Assembly (NCBI GenBank): GCA_045805065.1 | Contig: JBJMMA010000090.1 | Span: 1 to 53,807, forward strand | Length of the DNA: 53,807 nt | From: Bdellovibrionia bacterium | Lineage (GTDB): Bacteria > Bdellovibrionota > UBA1018 | Reading direction: 5' to 3' | In this document: positions 50,225 through 53,807 of the stretch, piece by piece | Layout: the number at the start of each line of letters is the position of its first letter | How positions within the stretch are numbered: position 1 is the first letter of the stretch | Program-made: the position numbers and the translations under genes | The notes under the pieces: generated by a model | Database searches by the model: none | Told to the model about the DNA's origin: nothing | The model's input: the letters and a program-made list of their open reading frames with translations, nothing else

Positions 50225-51175
50225 ATGGTCTCGTTCATGATGAGGCGTCTTGCTGCAGCATTTGTTTTTGGGGCTTATGCGTTGCTTCTTTGGGGATGCT
50301 CCTCGGCATCCGTCCGGGATCGCACCATTCTTCCCTACGATGACGAGATCGCTGATGTCTCGCTTCCCATGCCTTTGCCCGCGCCTCGAAATGGACCTGA
50401 CATCAAAGATGGGACGGTTACGGCTTACAATCGCCCCGCCCAGGAAAAGCTCACTCCTGCGGGCACGCGGAAAATGGTTTCGGACAATCGCCTGCGCACC
50501 GATGTTCTTGCTGCCATTGTCGACGATCCAGCGGTCGATCCATTTCAGTTTCGCTATGTGGTTGAAGATGGAAATGTGGAAATTCGAGGACAGGGATCGG
50601 ATCGCCAAAAGAGGCGGGTAACGGAGACTGTGTCCCGCGTGCGAGGAGTTCGCGAGGTGCAAAGCCCAGTCAATCTTCCCGAAGGCGCTGATCCAAAATG
50701 GGCAGCTCCTGTCACGGACGAGGAAATTGAGCGCGCCATAGTCGATGCCATTGCCCGGGATCCAAACGCGGATATTTCCCATGTAGAGATTTATGTTCAA
50801 AACGGCGAAGTCGCTCTCCTGGGCAGCACTCCCAATATGAGAACGCGTCAGGCGATCGAAAAAAACGCGCACGCCATGCAGGGAGTGAAATCTGTACGAA
50901 ACCAGATTGAAGTAAAACCCAAGTACATTCGCGAGGACGACCGGCTTGTTCGCGACGTGAGAACGGCGCTTTCTTTTGAGCCGCTTTTGAATTCAACTCG
51001 AATCCAGGTCTCAGCTGATCGAGGCGTGGTGACATTGAAAGGCCAAGTCACATCTCCCTGGAAGAAAGAGCGGGCCACTGAGCTTGGAAGCGAGGTTTTT
51101 GGCGTGGTTTCGATAGAAAATGACCTGACAATCGCCAAGCTGCCTGCGTCAAATTCTGACGCAGTCTTAAATTAA
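50225..51175 (+). CDS. BON-domain (x3) lipoprotein, OsmY-like
   Basis: Lipobox LWGC; three D..I/L...V..G.V.L.G...GV..V.N units. Confidence 0.88.
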   Translation: MVSFMMRRLAAAFVFGAYALLLWGCSSASVRDRTILPYDDEIADVSLPMPLPAPRNGPDIKDGTVTAYNRPAQEKLTPAGTRKMVSDNRLRTDVLAAIVDDPAVDPFQFRYVVEDGNVEIRGQGSDRQKRRVTETVSRVRGVREVQSPVNLPEGADPKWAAPVTDEEIERAIVDAIARDPNADISHVEIYVQNGEVALLGSTPNMRTRQAIEKNAHAMQGVKSVRNQIEVKPKYIREDDRLVRDVRTALSFEPLLNSTRIQVSADRGVVTLKGQVTSPWKKERATELGSEVFGVVSIENDLTIAKLPASNSDAVLN

Positions 51176-51323
51176 TACACAGTGCAGCTAACGCGGGAGG
51201 GCTCGCGCTAGTTTTTAAACTTCGTTAAGGTATCTCTTACGTTTCAAATCAATAGAGAATGCCTGGGCAACCGCGAACACTGTCTTGAGCGACTTCTCAT
51301 TTGAGAGAGGATGAGGGACCTAA

Positions 51324-51515
51324 ATGGAACATGCTGAAGCCGTAAGTCTTTTGCGTAAGAACTTGAAGCTTCTTTTATTCTATCTTGCTCGTGGAACCGA
51401 GACTCCAAGTCAGGAGCTCGAGACCATTCTTCAGGAAGTGATTTTCGAGCTTTATACCGAGTCCAAGGCGGCGCTTGAGGAGAGGAAGAGTCATCTTAAG
51501 CTGGTCCAGGTTTAA
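51324..51515 (+). CDS. small hypothetical protein
   Basis: GAGGGA RBS; 63-aa helical ORF ending HLKLV. Confidence 0.5.
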   Translation: MEHAEAVSLLRKNLKLLLFYLARGTETPSQELETILQEVIFELYTESKAALEERKSHLKLVQV

Positions 51516-51526
51516 GATCGGCTCTG

Positions 51527-52210
51527 TCAATGAGCTTTGATCCAAAGCTCTAAAGGACCCCGGTAACACCACTCTGATACTTTTCGTTCAAAGCTTTCTG
51601 GAAATGCGCCTCCGAAGCCGTGATAGGTCACGACGCGGGCCCCTTTTTTCAGTGTTTCCAGTTTGGCAAAAGCGGCGATGACGTAGTCTCTGTAAATATC
51701 GCGGCTGAGCGGAACGGTATTATCAAGTCGTTGTTCCGGGGTCTTATTTTCCTGAAACGGATTGAAAAGATAGACGGCGTCGTAATTTACCCAGTCGATC
51801 TCCTTGAAATTGCCATGAATAAACGTCGTGCGCGGGAGTTTGTAGCGAGAGACCAAAGAGTTAGCAAGATCGACGTAATGCTTTCTCTGCTCAATTCCAT
51901 GAAAGCGGCCATCTGTCACCATGGCACCCACTAAACAGAATTTACCAACGCCTGAGCCAACATCCAAGACACGCGCGCCGGGGTGCTTAACCAGGAGCTG
52001 TGTGGCTCTTTTGATGACCTCAATCGGCGTCCAGTGGACGCGAGATAGCTTTCTGATCTCATCAGGGTAAATCTCATCAAAGGCCGCATCACTGATCGGT
52101 GCTCCGTGTTTTACGCGGGCGATCCATTGCTCCATCTTGCGGATGTCGCTCGTGTCTTCCTGACTGCTGTTTTGATTCTCTGATCTGATTCGATGCGCGA
52201 ACAGGCCCAT
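51527..52210 (-). CDS. class I SAM-dependent methyltransferase
   Basis: HWTP, VLDVGSGVGK, GIEQR, YLFNPF; start uncertain (52210 or 52222). Confidence 0.85.
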   Translation of the reverse strand: MGLFAHRIRSENQNSSQEDTSDIRKMEQWIARVKHGAPISDAAFDEIYPDEIRKLSRVHWTPIEVIKRATQLLVKHPGARVLDVGSGVGKFCLVGAMVTDGRFHGIEQRKHYVDLANSLVSRYKLPRTTFIHGNFKEIDWVNYDAVYLFNPFQENKTPEQRLDNTVPLSRDIYRDYVIAAFAKLETLKKGARVVTYHGFGGAFPESFERKVSEWCYRGPLELWIKAH

Positions 52211-52338
52211 TCCGGAAAGCAATGCAGGAAGGGTGCTAAGGAGGCGTGCTAGAGATGCGTGCTAAAGACTTCGGGGCCTATCAGACAATTCAGTCCAATA
52301 TTTTCCCGGTTTGGAGGCGCGAGCAGAGGAGTGTGAAG

Positions 52339-52354
52339 TGGTCTCCAATCTGCA
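52339..52354 (+). promoter_or_regulatory. sigma54-type -24/-12 motif
   Basis: TGGTCTCCAATCTGCA. Confidence 0.45.
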
Positions 52355-52387
52355 CGTTTTATCTGAGTGGATAGGAAGGAGGCACAT

Positions 52388-53158
52388 ATGATGTTCAATC
52401 GAGAAAAGGCGCTGACACGCTTTCAGGGAATGTCTGAGGGAACGCCTGTTTACACACAGGATAATGAGCGACTGGGAAAAATCACCAGCTTGGATGACGA
52501 CTCATTCACAGTGGAAAAGGGGATATTCTTTCCAAAGGATTTTGTCATTCGCTATGACGATATCCAGGATATCCAAGACAAAGGCATTTATCTCAATCTG
52601 ACAAAAGATGAGCTGAATGACTGGAAGAATGAATCCTATCAGGGTTGGTCACAGGTTGACGAAATCAACCAGGGACGTCTCAATGCTCAGCCTAAGGATG
52701 AGTACAAGGACAAGTATCAGGATCGTTATAGAGATCGGACCGCAAATGATACGAGCCAGGTCAGAGTTCCGATCGCTGAAGAAGAGCTTCAGGCAAGTAA
52801 GACCATTCACGAAGCAGGAAGGCTAAAATTACGTAAGCTCGTTCACACTGAGCTTCGTCACTTTACGATTCCTGTGATGCGCGAGGAAGTGCGCGTGGAT
52901 CGTGTCAAGGTGCCTGAAGGTCAAACGACAACCGCAAATAGGAATGCTGCAACTGACCAGGGATCATTCCGTGAACAGGAAGTGAATATCCCGGTCATGG
53001 AAGAGGAAATCACGGTAAGCAAGCGGCCCATTGTGAAGGAAGAAGTCCGCGTCAGTAAGGAGCGGATGACCGAGGAGCGACCAGTATCAGGTGAGATCAG
53101 AAAAGAAGAAGTCCGCATTGAGGGTGAAGATACTCTCAAACGGAAAAAATCAGCATAA
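52388..53158 (+). CDS. PRC-barrel-like + YsnF/AvaK (DUF2382) protein
   Basis: AAGGAGG RBS; V...D...LGKI...VEKGIFF; EEEL...K, IPVMREEV.V, KRP.VKEEVRV. Confidence 0.88.
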   Translation: MMFNREKALTRFQGMSEGTPVYTQDNERLGKITSLDDDSFTVEKGIFFPKDFVIRYDDIQDIQDKGIYLNLTKDELNDWKNESYQGWSQVDEINQGRLNAQPKDEYKDKYQDRYRDRTANDTSQVRVPIAEEELQASKTIHEAGRLKLRKLVHTELRHFTIPVMREEVRVDRVKVPEGQTTTANRNAATDQGSFREQEVNIPVMEEEITVSKRPIVKEEVRVSKERMTEERPVSGEIRKEEVRIEGEDTLKRKKSA

Positions 53159-53185
53159 GTCCCGAGCTTCTGTTGCGTTGATGGG

Positions 53186-53222
53186 GAGCGGTTGAATCGT
53201 GAGTTCAGCCGCTCTTTCTTAT
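53186..53222 (+). terminator. intrinsic terminator
   Basis: GAGCGGTTGAA...TTCAGCCGCTC followed by TTTCTT. Confidence 0.65.
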
Positions 53223-53287
53223 TTTGTCAGGGCTCATTTTGTAAGAGGCCTATCCGAAGCAGCATACGACTCATTCAGCATTGCGCA

Positions 53288-53303
53288 TGGTCTTCTGATT
53301 GCA
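53288..53303 (+). promoter_or_regulatory. sigma54-type -24/-12 motif
   Basis: TGGTCTTCTGATTGCA. Confidence 0.5.
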
Positions 53304-53359
53304 AAACCGGCTTTTGCACGTGGAGTGATGGGCGGCGGAGCAACGGAGGTCTCTTACTT

Positions 53360-53807
53360 ATGAAGTCTTTTCTCACATCATTACTTACACTGTTGGCCAT
53401 GCTGACAGCTGCAGCACTCATTGTGACATTCACCGGCATTTCACCGGGAATTCCAGGACTCTCGGGCGGTCTGGCCACAGCGCAAACGACGACAGGAGCT
53501 CAGCCGGCAGCCAATGCCACTCCAGCCGCGGGAGCGGTAACTCCTACGCCTTCTCCGACTGGTAACATCATTCAGACTATGGAGACATCTGGACAATTCA
53601 CTCAGGCGCTTGCCGCGATCTCGGCCGCTGGTCTCACGCAGACCTTGGAATCCGGCGGCCCTTACACGGTCTTTGCTCCTACGGACGCTGCCTTCACGCA
53701 AGTTCCACCTGCGCAGCTGCAAGCTGTTATCGGAAGTCCTGCTCAGCTGCAGCAGGTCTTGAGCTACCATGTTGTTTCAGGCGAATTCACCGCTGAGCAA
53801 CTTCGCG
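53360..53807 (+). CDS. fasciclin (FAS1) domain protein, runs off the window (absent from the ORF track)
   Basis: GGAGG RBS; MKSFLTSLL signal, P/T/A linker, GPYTVFAPTDAAF...VLSYHVV. Confidence 0.9.
   Translation, partial: MKSFLTSLLTLLAMLTAAALIVTFTGISPGIPGLSGGLATAQTTTGAQPAANATPAAGAVTPTPSPTGNIIQTMETSGQFTQALAAISAAGLTQTLESGGPYTVFAPTDAAFTQVPPAQLQAVIGSPAQLQQVLSYHVVSGEFTAEQLR

Overview
A 53.8-kb chromosomal segment of a Gram-negative bacterium. Gene content suggests Bdellovibrionota/Oligoflexia (inference from a Bdellovibrio-type fibre protein, a PBECR2-like protein, a coiled-coil-Hsp20 protein and many orphan secreted proteins). Housekeeping genes: metF, tyrS, metH, rtcB with archease, a PduO-type adenosyltransferase, pgsA, glpX, lnt, mnmA, tRNA-Leu(TAA) and tRNA-Gly(GCC). 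The best candidate for a new system is a translationally coupled minus-strand operon (21808 to 11559): metH, a stand-alone 'core' methionine-synthase-like protein, a GT2, a SAM methyltransferase, a triple fusion and an ArnT/PMT-like GT-C. The fusion is GT87-like GT-C + a DXD-less copy of the neighbouring GT2 + a YdjC deacetylase. The operon looks like a lipid-carrier amino-sugar envelope-modification pathway linked to methyl supply. Other notable items: a collagen/fibre gene with a coupled secreted partner, an Ig-like/MepA-like peptidase with a partner gene, two secreted orphans sharing a post-signal SC..SL motif (one ART-like), a Fur-box-preceded secreted protein, a 6-Cys miniprotein, nine sigma54-type motifs and sigma28-type leaderless starts. 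No CRISPR array, integrase, transposase or rRNA was seen. All family calls come from motif recognition by eye; no searches were run.
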